Positions 37,877 to 47,264 of a stretch of 64,000 nt of DNA are shown piece after piece; position 1 is the stretch's first letter, and each line of letters opens with the position of its first letter. The stretch lies in the IMG/VR virus record IMGVR_UViG_3300007734_000747. The stretch is one strand, 5' to 3'. A program made the position numbers and the translations under genes. A model generated the notes under the pieces. It made no database searches. It was not told where the DNA came from and worked only from the letters and a program-made list of their open reading frames with translations. Source of the stretch: an uncultured virus (IMG/VR IMGVR_UViG_3300007734_000747) (taxonomy: Duplodnaviria > Heunggongvirae > Uroviricota > Caudoviricetes).

Positions 37877-38820
37877 TATCTGTTCTCCAATTTGAGGACT
37901 TCACGAGCATATTGCTCCGGTGTGAGTTTAAATTTCTTTGCCAACGCTGCTTGTGTCGCGGTCAATTTAATACTCTTAGGAGCCGTGCTACGCTTGGCTG
38001 ATGCCACTACTACACTCGGCTTTTTTTGAGTTCTTTGTGACTCAACGGGCACTTCTATTTCTTCATTAAAGACTTCTGGAAACCGCTTGCGGATTGTTTT
38101 GTCAATCGTCGCGTAATAATCATCAGTACCAATATATTCGGAGCCGTACTGTCGATACAGTTTCTGGTGTAAGCCTTTTGCTGCCTCGGTCATCTCTTCG
38201 TCTTTGTTGAACCAATTTGAGTTCCGACGCTGCCAATCTGTAAACTTAGGATCAGGTGCCGTGTTGTCAGCTTGTGATCTTTGCGGCAGTTTTACATCAT
38301 TTTCTGATGTTTGTAAAGTGGGTTTAAAGTTTTTTGCACGATCCAACTTTAAGGTAGCCGACGTTAAACTCTTCTGAGCTTGGACTAGTCTCTCAGAGTC
38401 TCCAGTATCGTATGCCTCACGGTAGTCTTTCTCAGCCATACTAAGTTCAGTTTCGGCTGCTTCTTGTACAGTTGACATATAGGCTTGTTCCCCAGACATC
38501 AGGGTAGACTTAAGCCGCTGGTTATCCTCAAGGATAGACTGAGCTATCCGTAGAGCTTCATCTTGCTCACGCAGGGCTTTCTCTTTCTCCCGGCGTTCAT
38601 CGTGCCATGCTTTCTTATACTGTTTAAACTTAGTAACTACCTCGTCGGAATACTCACCGCCTTCTTCTGGTGTTTCCAAAGAGTTAATAATATCTACGGG
38701 TAATGGGTCTTTGCCACGATCCGCTGTGGGCGTATCGTCTTCAATTTCGACCTGTATAGCGTCCTCATCCGAATCTATTTCGTCTGGGAACTTGTATTCG
38801 TCTTTCTGAAAATTAGCCAT
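37876..38820 (-). CDS. Capsid scaffolding protein
   Basis: Acidic N-terminus, coiled coil, C-terminal LAKKFKLTPEQYA; located between portal and capsid genes. Confidence 0.7.
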   Translation of the reverse strand: MANFQKDEYKFPDEIDSDEDAIQVEIEDDTPTADRGKDPLPVDIINSLETPEEGGEYSDEVVTKFKQYKKAWHDERREKEKALREQDEALRIAQSILEDNQRLKSTLMSGEQAYMSTVQEAAETELSMAEKDYREAYDTGDSERLVQAQKSLTSATLKLDRAKNFKPTLQTSENDVKLPQRSQADNTAPDPKFTDWQRRNSNWFNKDEEMTEAAKGLHQKLYRQYGSEYIGTDDYYATIDKTIRKRFPEVFNEEIEVPVESQRTQKKPSVVVASAKRSTAPKSIKLTATQAALAKKFKLTPEQYAREVLKLENR

Positions 38821-38828
38821 GTGGCCTC

Positions 38829-39218
38829 CTATGCTCGTGAAATACCGCGTGGGTCTTGAACGACCGCCTCGACAGAATCATCATTAATAAGACGGAATTC
38901 CCGCCCATGAATCTTCAAACGAGTACCGCTGTTCGGGCGCGCGAGGACAAAATCCCCTTCTTTACACCACGGGCCTGACGTAAACCTGTCGCCTTTATAA
39001 GCTTCAGGGCCTATTTTCACGACAAAAAAGACCGTGCTAAGAACCTCTTCGTAGTGCATTGTTGAGCCAGCTTTCGCTAAGCCACTGTCATACGTGTCGT
39101 CAATTTCAGGTATGGCTACTAATATGTGATAGCCCGAAGGTTCTGGCAGTTGTTTTGCCTTATCTTCTGCGTCCTGCGGAACTTCACCGCTTTCTGTAGC
39201 GATTACTATGTCAGTCAT
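38829..39218 (-). CDS. groES: Co-chaperonin GroES (Cpn10)-like protein
   Basis: PSGYHILV..VVKIGP..KEGDFV..GTRLKIHGREFRLINDDSVEAVV. Confidence 0.85.
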   Translation of the reverse strand: MTDIVIATESGEVPQDAEDKAKQLPEPSGYHILVAIPEIDDTYDSGLAKAGSTMHYEEVLSTVFFVVKIGPEAYKGDRFTSGPWCKEGDFVLARPNSGTRLKIHGREFRLINDDSVEAVVQDPRGISRA

Positions 39219-39408
39219 CGTCGTCTTGCTCCAATTTTTTAGCGAGGTGTTTAAGGTACATCTCTACAACAGCAAGACCTCGAAGCTCGCCGCATAGTCT
39301 TTGATACTCTGCATAATCTTTAGCAACCCCATCGCCAAGCGCTTGTTGTATTGGCTCACGTCTTTCGTTTATGAATGTAAGGGTTACGCTAATGATTTTT
39401 GTGTCCAT
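39211..39408 (-). CDS. Small hypothetical protein
   Basis: 65 aa; DYAEYQRLCGELRGL; coupled to the portal gene. Confidence 0.7.
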   Translation of the reverse strand: MDTKIISVTLTFINERREPIQQALGDGVAKDYAEYQRLCGELRGLAVVEMYLKHLAKKLEQDDDD

Positions 39409-41870
39409 TATTTTTCCTTGTTAGGTTTTTGTTGTCTGCTTTGCTGGTCGTGTCCAGCTTTTAGCTTTACCAACTCCATGCCTTGACGGAAACCTTCCAT
39501 CTTTTCGTCTTTAGCGTCTCTACGTGAATCCGCTACGTGTTTCATAGCCATATTTGCGCCTGCAATTTCTTTTTGGGCGTCAATACGTGCCATCTCAACT
39601 TGCATCTGTTTATCTTTAGCTGCTGCGTCTGCTTGATCTTTAGCGATCTTGCGTTGTACTTCAGCCTGTTTGATCTGCAACTCTTGCATTTGCATCTGAA
39701 TGATTGGGTCTTGCATCTGCTGTTGAGCCTGTTGTTGTTGAGCTTGTTGCTGATGCTGTTGCAATAATTGCTGTGATGCTTGTGCTGCACGTTGAGCAAT
39801 TTGTGTTTCCATATCTTCCGGTATGGTTTGCTCGTCTTCGTAATCAGGAATCTGCATTCCAATCTGTGCTTCAATTTGCTTCTTATACTCGTAGCCCAAG
39901 TGTTCGTTTATATGAGCCATCATTGCTGCTTGCATCTGTGGTGCATTGGGGTTCTGTTGTAGTAGCCCCATAACTTTTGGGTCTTGCATAGCCATCTGAT
40001 GTACTTGTATATGCGCTTCATGATCTTGGTACATAAACGCTTTAACAGGCTTGCCCTTTAGGATGTCCATGTTCTCTGTAACAGGGTCGCGTGGGCGTTG
40101 GTCGTCTTGCATCGGTACCAATTTAGCTGCGTTCTTAATGCCTAACACGTCAAGCATCTGACGATGTAATAGTGGTAGGTCATACAATTGAGGAGCGCCA
40201 GTGGCTAGTTGCAATACAGCTTGATACTGCACAACCTTTTGCGCCATTGTTGAGGCGTTTGGATCAGATACTGGCAGTACATCTACTTGGTCGTAATCAG
40301 ACTGTTTAACTGCTGGGTCACCATCTTCTGGCTCGTAGCTGTAGTCTGGCGGCATGAAGTCACGAATAATTTCCTTTAACAGACGGAACTCTTCATGCAT
40401 TGAGTAGTGAATACGCGCTTGAATTGCACTCATCACTTTCAAAGTACGCTCTAGAATAGCTAGAGTAGTCCCAACTGGGGACTCAGACGACATGTCAGAT
40501 ACTTTTAAGTTAGCTGAGTTTGCAAAATTACGGCCTTCTTCGATGATTTGATTCATCAACGCCGCTAGGACTTGTGAAGGTTCCTTATAGGGTAGGGGCA
40601 GTATGTTATCCCTGATGCTTCCACTTGGGACATCGACATCTCTAAATTCGCCCGGACTGATTGGGGTGTCATCTCCTTTGACCCGCAAGCCTCTAGATTT
40701 AAGCCCACCCGGAAGGTTCGAGAGGGTTCCTGCATCAACCAATTGACGCAGAATGGATGTGCCTGACTTTGCAAAAGCTCCGATAAGATGAATGAGGCCG
40801 AAGTAGTAGAACCCGAAGCCCGGAATGTAGCCATAGTGTACGAAGTGATTGCGTTTAAGTTTTAGTTTGTCGTCAGGACGCCAATTACGTCTTATAGACA
40901 ATACCTTTTGGGTGTTCTTTTCAATTGTAATAATGTACGGCAGCGCAATGCCTGTCTCTTCTCCATCCTCGTCAACATCTTCGTAACCGGGTAGGTCGAT
41001 ATCGACGTGCATTTCAAGAATTCGGTAGCGGTCGTCCGACGTCGCCCTGAACCCAAGCTTTTCCGCAATCTTCTTTTCAATTTCTTCGATAGTGTTAACT
41101 GGATCACCGAGGTCAATGTCCCTATAAAAGCCTGCGACTTGTAACTTTCGTAGTTCATTCTCTGTCTTCCTCATAACATGTGTTACACGTTCTGCTGTCT
41201 TTAAACTAGACGCGCCATAAGGTACTACTACATCTTCTGCTGGAACAAATATAGACGTTTGCCGACCCATCGATGGATCGTAGTACACCTTTTTGAACGC
41301 ATTACCAGACAGACCCAAGCCCCACAACATGCGCTCATGTTCAGGACGATACTCAGGCATTTCTTCTGTTAAACGGAAGTTCATATCCTGCTGAACGCGT
41401 TCCGCCGCCTCTTTTTTCTCCGGTGTCTCTTTACCAATGATCTTCGTTTTGACAGGCCCCGCCGCTGGAAAAGTCTCCATAATTGTTTCGGATTGGAACT
41501 TAACAAGCGCCTCAGAGAGTAAGGGATGCGTAACACCGCAAGCGCCAGCCCAAGGTTCTGTTCGTTCTTCAAGCTTCATCCCCAATAGATCAAGGCCGTC
41601 TACATACGTTTGTATCCAATCTTTACGGCTAGAGACGTCATCTTCATACGCATCAATTAACTCACCAGCCAAGAGAGACAACTCGTTCTCTGGCATGTAT
41701 TCAGCTAAGTTATCTTCAAACTCGTCTTCTTCACCGTCTGGGTCTATTTCTATTTCTAAACCGTCGGTTCTAAGCGTGACCGATTCTGGGTCTTCAATCT
41801 CAATCTCCAGATCAGGTTGATCTTCCATGATGCCCTGCGGGGCAGCATACAAACCTTTTTCGATGCTCAT
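39408..41870 (-). CDS. Portal protein (P22-like, with Gln-rich C-terminal barrel)
   Basis: 820 aa; near the terminase; GNAFKKVYYD motif; Gln-rich coiled-coil C-terminus. Confidence 0.85.
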   Translation of the reverse strand: MSIEKGLYAAPQGIMEDQPDLEIEIEDPESVTLRTDGLEIEIDPDGEEDEFEDNLAEYMPENELSLLAGELIDAYEDDVSSRKDWIQTYVDGLDLLGMKLEERTEPWAGACGVTHPLLSEALVKFQSETIMETFPAAGPVKTKIIGKETPEKKEAAERVQQDMNFRLTEEMPEYRPEHERMLWGLGLSGNAFKKVYYDPSMGRQTSIFVPAEDVVVPYGASSLKTAERVTHVMRKTENELRKLQVAGFYRDIDLGDPVNTIEEIEKKIAEKLGFRATSDDRYRILEMHVDIDLPGYEDVDEDGEETGIALPYIITIEKNTQKVLSIRRNWRPDDKLKLKRNHFVHYGYIPGFGFYYFGLIHLIGAFAKSGTSILRQLVDAGTLSNLPGGLKSRGLRVKGDDTPISPGEFRDVDVPSGSIRDNILPLPYKEPSQVLAALMNQIIEEGRNFANSANLKVSDMSSESPVGTTLAILERTLKVMSAIQARIHYSMHEEFRLLKEIIRDFMPPDYSYEPEDGDPAVKQSDYDQVDVLPVSDPNASTMAQKVVQYQAVLQLATGAPQLYDLPLLHRQMLDVLGIKNAAKLVPMQDDQRPRDPVTENMDILKGKPVKAFMYQDHEAHIQVHQMAMQDPKVMGLLQQNPNAPQMQAAMMAHINEHLGYEYKKQIEAQIGMQIPDYEDEQTIPEDMETQIAQRAAQASQQLLQQHQQQAQQQQAQQQMQDPIIQMQMQELQIKQAEVQRKIAKDQADAAAKDKQMQVEMARIDAQKEIAGANMAMKHVADSRRDAKDEKMEGFRQGMELVKLKAGHDQQSRQQKPNKEK

Positions 41871-41879
41871 ATTTATTCC

Positions 41880-42680
41880 TTATTTTTTAATTTCGCTTTG
41901 GCGTAGCCCAAGCATAGATTTTATTTTTGCCATAAACCCCGGATCATCTGGGTCTTCTTTAGTGGCTGTGGAGCCGGGCATACGGGTGTATGGGGCTGGG
42001 TCTTTTGCGTCAAGTCTAGTCTGACGTAACCCCGTTACCGCTTCGTATGCTTCACGTTCAGCGGGGGTCTTTAATATATGTTTGCGTACGTACGGGTCTG
42101 CTGTTAATCGTTTACCTGTTTGCTGTTCTAGCGCAGATAACGTAGCAAATTGTTCGTACAGCATGTTGTGGGGTCTGTGGGTATTCTCATAAACTAAAGG
42201 TGAAAAATATCCTTTTTTTGCGTCTGTAGGACTTAAACCCCAATTTTTTACTAAATAATCAGAATTTTTTATTAGGCGGTCTACAATAACACCTCTATCT
42301 GTGCCTTCGTTACCTACCATTTCGCTCCATATACCATTTATATTAGACCCCGCACCTCTACCTTGACCTGCTAACGCGTGTTCTGCTTCATGCGCGCGAG
42401 TTACAAACGCTTCTTTTGGATCACGGTCTATTTGTCTTTTGTTATACACCCTAAAGGACGAACGATCACTAGTAGGTAATTCTGGGTTTTCTGGGCGATA
42501 AGTAACTCCTTGTGTACCTCCACCTAGCGGCATACTGTATTCAGGTGAATTCATCACCCCCATATTTGTATATGGTTGGCCTTTTGGCGACACTTTTTCA
42601 AGCGCTTCTGGGTATACGCCTTCGGATTCTAAGTTTCTTTTTATATATGGCGGCAATTTTTCATATTCATCTCTAGTCAT
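41880..42680 (-). CDS. Hypothetical protein with a zincin-like HExxH motif
   Basis: TRAHEAEHAL with a downstream YEQFA. Confidence 0.6.
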   Translation of the reverse strand: MTRDEYEKLPPYIKRNLESEGVYPEALEKVSPKGQPYTNMGVMNSPEYSMPLGGGTQGVTYRPENPELPTSDRSSFRVYNKRQIDRDPKEAFVTRAHEAEHALAGQGRGAGSNINGIWSEMVGNEGTDRGVIVDRLIKNSDYLVKNWGLSPTDAKKGYFSPLVYENTHRPHNMLYEQFATLSALEQQTGKRLTADPYVRKHILKTPAEREAYEAVTGLRQTRLDAKDPAPYTRMPGSTATKEDPDDPGFMAKIKSMLGLRQSEIKK

Positions 42681-42682
42681 CT

Positions 42683-43228
42683 TTATTCCTCATAGTATTT
42701 ATATGCCCAGCACACGGCGGTGTATCTAACTCCGCTTGTTACCGGTGTTACACGGTGTTCGGCTTTTGCATCGAACACAACTATGTCCCCCTTATTTTTA
42801 AGGAGGTTGTCGCTCTTGTCTTTAATCTGTAGCAGCCCGCCCTCAAACTCTGAGGGGTCGTTCAATAGCATCACGAGTGACACTGCTCTAACCATGCCGT
42901 TTTGTGGGGGTAGCACGTCGTTGTGCCACATGTAGTGCCCGCCCTCGCCGTATCTAATTACTTGAACCACGTCGAAGTTACATATAGAGCCTGTCCACTG
43001 CCCCTTCACATTGCCGTCTACTAAGTAGTTCTTACACACTGAACCTAACGGTGACATCAAGTCTTCCGACACAATACTTGCCCTGCGTAATACCTTAGTT
43101 ACTTCCGCGCCTGTGTCTTTATATATTGTGGCGTCCTTCGCCACAGACCAATCAATAGAGCCTTTGACGTAGTTACAAAACTCACGCGGCATCGCCTTCT
43201 CGTAGTACATGCAGGTAAGGTTGCTCAT
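42683..43228 (-). CDS. 2OG-Fe(II) oxygenase (prolyl-hydroxylase/PKHD-type)
   Basis: YGEGGHYMWHND, EFEGGLL and HRVTPVTSGVRYTAVCW motifs. Confidence 0.88.
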   Translation of the reverse strand: MSNLTCMYYEKAMPREFCNYVKGSIDWSVAKDATIYKDTGAEVTKVLRRASIVSEDLMSPLGSVCKNYLVDGNVKGQWTGSICNFDVVQVIRYGEGGHYMWHNDVLPPQNGMVRAVSLVMLLNDPSEFEGGLLQIKDKSDNLLKNKGDIVVFDAKAEHRVTPVTSGVRYTAVCWAYKYYEE

Positions 43229-43234
43229 ATAGTC

Positions 43235-44749
43235 CTAGTAGTAAGCCGCAGTGCGGCGGCGTCTAAATAACTTAATCTCTTCTGGCTCGTCGCTCGGCAG
43301 CTTAATAAAGCCCCCTTGCCTAAAGCGAAGTAACGCTAGTGTTGTCGAGTCAACCAAGTCATCGTTCATGCCCGACGGGAAGTCATTGCACTCCTCAACC
43401 ACCTCTAACGCCCAACGCTTGTATGGTGCCCACACAATGCCCGAACGGAACAAGTCAGATACAGCGTTAACTCGACTGACCTTATCTTGACCTTTACCCG
43501 GCGTGAACTCCGACACAGGTATGCCCATCCGCCTAAACTCTTGGAACAGCACGGATCCAGAAGACTTCTTCTCCACGATAAACGCGTCAGGTTGCCACTC
43601 TTTATATTCTTCTAATACTAACTCTTTTAGGTCGGGATATTCTAGTCGTTTCTTAATACTATTTAATAGGATGATAGCGTGGTTTTTAGTCTCCTCGTTG
43701 TAGAAGACGCCCCATGTTGTCAACGCATTAAAGTCGGCTCGGTTGTTAGCTTCTTGTGCAGCATCTAGTGCCATAATGATAAAGTCGCAGTGCGGGGGGT
43801 CATCCTCTTCCCATACCTTCCACCACTCCTTCTTAATTAAGGCTCCTTCTTCCGACGTTGGCTCTTGCATGTACTGTGCATTCCAGTATCGAATATCCAA
43901 TGATGCCTTTTTCGCCAACAGCTCTTCAATCGACCAAAATTCGGGCCAGAGAGGTTGTTCTTCTTCGGTAATGGCGGGGAACTGTACGACTTCCCACTCA
44001 TCGACTCCCTCAACGCGTTCCATCTGCGTAACAATTTGTCCAGTAAGATCAAGTTTGCTCCACCGTGTCATTACTACAATGATTGCGCCGCCCGGCATGA
44101 GACGCTGGATAGGCCCGCTCTGAAACCATTCCCATGCTGGTAGAAACACTTCAGCTCTTCCGAGCTTGGCATCTTGTTCAGAATGCGGATCGTCAATGAT
44201 GAAAAGGTCAGCGCCGCGACCAGCCAAAGCACCACCCACACCGATGGCGAAATACTCTCCACCAAAGTTAGTACCCCATCTTTGTGCGGATTTCGAGTCC
44301 GCTTGTAGCTCAATCTGCGGAAAAATGTCACGATAAGACTCCGATCCAACTAAGTTACGCACCCTACGACCGAACTGAATCGCCAAATCCGCCGTGTGAG
44401 AGGCCATAATGACCTTCTTATTAGGGTATTTCCCCAAAAACCACGATGGTGCTAGATAAGATATAAGTTCTGACTTGCCGTGACGGGGGGCAATGTTCAC
44501 AATCACCCGTTTTTTCTTGCCCGCGGCTATCTCTTCAAAGATTCTTGCCAATTTATAGTGGTGTGGCCCTACTTTATAGCCCGGATATACATGTTTTACG
44601 AAGTCTAGGAACGATTCTCGCCCCATTTTCTGTGCTACATCCGCCTGATATACCTTTAAAAGCTCTGCTACACGCCGTTTTTGCTTGTCTGGCATGTTAG
44701 GAAGCGCTTCTTTTAGCTTAAAGATGTCTTCCGAGGTTAAATTATTCAC
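43235..44749 (-). CDS. terL: Terminase large subunit
   Basis: APRHGKS Walker A, FIIDDPH Walker B, VMTRW, nuclease motif NDDLVDS; probable GTG start at 44749. Confidence 0.95.
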   Translation of the reverse strand: MNNLTSEDIFKLKEALPNMPDKQKRRVAELLKVYQADVAQKMGRESFLDFVKHVYPGYKVGPHHYKLARIFEEIAAGKKKRVIVNIAPRHGKSELISYLAPSWFLGKYPNKKVIMASHTADLAIQFGRRVRNLVGSESYRDIFPQIELQADSKSAQRWGTNFGGEYFAIGVGGALAGRGADLFIIDDPHSEQDAKLGRAEVFLPAWEWFQSGPIQRLMPGGAIIVVMTRWSKLDLTGQIVTQMERVEGVDEWEVVQFPAITEEEQPLWPEFWSIEELLAKKASLDIRYWNAQYMQEPTSEEGALIKKEWWKVWEEDDPPHCDFIIMALDAAQEANNRADFNALTTWGVFYNEETKNHAIILLNSIKKRLEYPDLKELVLEEYKEWQPDAFIVEKKSSGSVLFQEFRRMGIPVSEFTPGKGQDKVSRVNAVSDLFRSGIVWAPYKRWALEVVEECNDFPSGMNDDLVDSTTLALLRFRQGGFIKLPSDEPEEIKLFRRRRTAAYY

Positions 44750-45296
44750 TTTTTGATTCCCTAAACTCAACTTCCAGCACTTGTTCTTGCAAAGTTTCTA
44801 GGGTTTGTAGCAGTTCTTTCTCAACTTCCTCAATAGGCTGCACTTTTACAGTCATCTCTGTGCGCTTCTTAAATGCATCAACGCCGTCTACCTCACCTAA
44901 TTTAGATATAGCGGCAATCCTTGCCTTAGCGTCTTTAGCATTCTCTATCTCAGATACCAATTTATTAACTACGTACAGTTTTAAATCAGATAACTCTTCT
45001 ACGATCATGCAGTTGGACTGCGCAACCATACCTGCTAGATAAGCCATTACCTCATTGGGGTACTTTGCGAACTCAGGGCGATGAGCCGGGTTCGTCATCA
45101 TCTGCTTTGCCACTTCTCGGGCAGTCTCCATGTGTTCTGGAGTTGGTTCTATTGGGGTGTCGTTTAGGTCGGCTACTAACTTAATAGTGCGCGCCCGCAT
45201 TTCTAGTTCTTCGTGGGGCGATAGGTGGGGCATTGCTTCAAAGGCTGAAGCTGGTAGAGGAATATCTTCATCGATGTTTGGGACAATCACATTCAT
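44742..45296 (-). CDS. Putative terminase small subunit
   Basis: 184 aa, helical; first gene of the late operon, overlapping the terL start. Confidence 0.55.
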   Translation of the reverse strand: MNVIVPNIDEDIPLPASAFEAMPHLSPHEELEMRARTIKLVADLNDTPIEPTPEHMETAREVAKQMMTNPAHRPEFAKYPNEVMAYLAGMVAQSNCMIVEELSDLKLYVVNKLVSEIENAKDAKARIAAISKLGEVDGVDAFKKRTEMTVKVQPIEEVEKELLQTLETLQEQVLEVEFRESKSE

Positions 45297-45327
45297 ATAA
45301 GCGTTCTGTGGCCTATGGAATTTGCCA

Positions 45328-45354
45328 ACTATAACACGAATATTTTTTTTGCAA
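45328..45354 (-). promoter_or_regulatory. Candidate late-operon sigma70-type promoter
   Basis: Extended -10 TGtTATAGT; upstream TTGCAA at only 15-bp spacing. Confidence 0.4.
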
Positions 45355-45622
45355 TAGGGGAGGTTGGGACTCCTACCCGGGGGGTCATGGGGGATTCGAC
45401 AAAGCTTGCCCGGGGAATAATCTAAGGTGGGGGTGGGGTATAAATATATTTAATGATAGTAATGTTAAGGTCGAAGGCTGAGTTTTGTGGAGTTTGTACG
45501 AGGACAAGTGGGCTGGATTTTGGAAAGTAGGGGTGTCGTTTGTGCATCTCTTGGTGTAGAGGGGCGCGATGGTACCTAATGCCAGAAGGGGGGTGTGGGG
45601 GTCGATATAGTACCCAGATTAC

Positions 45623-45652
45623 TTTACATATGCCCTACCTATGATGTATAAC
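45623..45652 (+). promoter_or_regulatory. Candidate early promoter
   Basis: TTTACA-18-TATAAC. Confidence 0.55.
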
Positions 45653-45703
45653 ATAATCACTCGATGCAATTGTGCACGAGTAAATCTAGATAAGGAGTTC
45701 GTA

Positions 45704-46174
45704 ATGAACATCAAATCCGCCGCCGATGTAATCGGCACTGCTGTCGCTTCTCTTGATGCAACTATCCGCGATATCAAAGTAAGACGCGCATTACTTAAGT
45801 CTGGTAAGACTCGCACCATGTTAGAGAAGCTGTTAGCTCCTATGATGTATATCATTGGTGATCTTGGTAGTGTGCGCGTTGAGGCATTCTTATCCAAGCC
45901 TAGTGTTTACATCACTTTGTATTCGCTCGACAGTTTGAAACAACGTGAGCTTGTATCTCTTCTTGCTTACTTGCATGATGAGTCTGATAAGTTGGAAGGC
46001 AAGATATCTACCCAAGATTGGGCGGCAGCAGTAAACCGAGACTTTAAGTTTGTGACTAGCAAATGGGAAGTCTCTGTTAGTGCCTATGTTAAGGATGACA
46101 GTCCAACATGCCGTAGAGTAGTAGTCGGTACGAAGATGGTAGAGCAAGTGCAGTATGAGATAGCTTGTGACTAA
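45704..46174 (+). CDS. Early hypothetical protein
   Basis: ATG at 45704 with TAAGGAG RBS; C-terminal CRRVVVGTK...YEIACD. Confidence 0.75.
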   Translation: MNIKSAADVIGTAVASLDATIRDIKVRRALLKSGKTRTMLEKLLAPMMYIIGDLGSVRVEAFLSKPSVYITLYSLDSLKQRELVSLLAYLHDESDKLEGKISTQDWAAAVNRDFKFVTSKWEVSVSAYVKDDSPTCRRVVVGTKMVEQVQYEIACD

Positions 46175-46179
46175 CTAAG

Positions 46180-46207
46180 ACGGGAGGCGAAAGCTTCCCG
46201 TTTTTTT
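46180..46207 (+). terminator. Intrinsic terminator
   Basis: ACGGGAGGC-GAAA-GCTTCCCGT followed by a T tract. Confidence 0.85.
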
Positions 46208-46208
46208 G

Positions 46209-46302
46209 CGCCTACACGTTTGAAACCAGTTATCTGTCGTCGCGCGAGCCAAAGCGCGTGTGAGCAAGCGCGTTAAATAATACTTCACGCATGCGTGAAT
46301 TA
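46209..46302 (+). repeat. ~90-bp dispersed repeat, copy 1
   Basis: TTGAAACCAGTT...GCAAGCGCGTTAAATAAtACTTCACGcATGCGTGAATTA shared with 47071-47156. Confidence 0.85.
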
Positions 46303-46303
46303 C

Positions 46304-46332
46304 TTGCTTTATGGGGCTATGTGACGTATAAC
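46304..46332 (+). promoter_or_regulatory. Candidate early promoter
   Basis: TTGCTT-17-TATAAC. Confidence 0.6.
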
Positions 46333-46377
46333 TATTCTATCGGATAGATACCGATCTTTTTATAATTCCATTTAAGG

Positions 46378-47034
46378 ATGACTATCATGTCAAAAGCAAA
46401 ACTAGTAGTAGAATCGCCGTCGTATAAATCATTGTCGGATTTTGGTTATAACGTCGCAAAACGTGCGGATGCTATTCGTGCGGATGGTGCATGGGCTTTG
46501 GATAACATTCCAAATTTCATTGAGGGTTGCTCACCAGAAGCGCGTGTAGAGTTGAACGAGGGTTTTCGTCAACGTGCAAGCGAATTGCCTAAGTATGCTG
46601 AAGTTGTTTATGGCATCGTTGATGGTAATGTTATTCCATTGTCGCAGCTATCAGGCGACGCACCAAAAGAGCAATTTAAGGTGAATGTAGCAATGGTCTT
46701 TTCGTACAGCCAACAGCAAATCGGTGCAATGAAAAGTGATGACCCTGCTAAGTACAATGTAATCTTTGACTTGCGCGATCGCGTAAACAAATATTGCTCA
46801 AATCGGTTTAATGATTTGAAAGCAGCAGCAAAGAAAGTATTAAAAGAGCGCGATCCAGATTCACACACTCGCGCTGCTACATTGTCTTTCGGTGAATTCA
46901 TTGATAAAACCCTTGATACACTCAAAACGCGATGCAAATCAGCAGAAGCAAGGGGCAATGACCCAACTGCTAACAGCAAAGCCCTTGACGCTGCGATCAT
47001 AGCCTTCAAGGTAAAACTTGAAGTAACTAAGTAA
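46378..47034 (+). CDS. Early hypothetical protein
   Basis: 218-aa ORF flanked by its own promoter and terminator. Confidence 0.8.
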   Translation: MTIMSKAKLVVESPSYKSLSDFGYNVAKRADAIRADGAWALDNIPNFIEGCSPEARVELNEGFRQRASELPKYAEVVYGIVDGNVIPLSQLSGDAPKEQFKVNVAMVFSYSQQQIGAMKSDDPAKYNVIFDLRDRVNKYCSNRFNDLKAAAKKVLKERDPDSHTRAATLSFGEFIDKTLDTLKTRCKSAEARGNDPTANSKALDAAIIAFKVKLEVTK

Positions 47035-47039
47035 CAGCT

Positions 47040-47070
47040 AAACCCTAGCCGCAAGGCTAGGGTTTTTTTT
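47040..47070 (+). terminator. Intrinsic terminator
   Basis: AAACCCTAGCC-GCAA-GGCTAGGG followed by T8. Confidence 0.9.
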
Positions 47071-47156
47071 CGCCCTGCGAATTGAAACCAGTTGTTTGTC
47101 CTCGCGCGCGGGCGTGCGCAAGCGCGTTAAATAAGACTTCACGTATGCGTGAATTA
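47071..47156 (+). repeat. ~90-bp dispersed repeat, copy 2
   Basis: Aligns with 46209-46302. Confidence 0.85.
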
Positions 47157-47264
47157 ACCCATAGATGACGCTCAACGTAGAGGCGCGCTAGTTATTTAAT
47201 TAGGCGACACTTTACGAGGCTATCATCTACCGTTTGCTTAAATGACGTAATTGGGGGTAAAAAC

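Noticed and set aside
4842..45042. Numerous plus-strand ORFs opposite the late genes (e.g. 35928-36683)
   Set aside because: Antisense shadows of strongly coding minus-strand genes.
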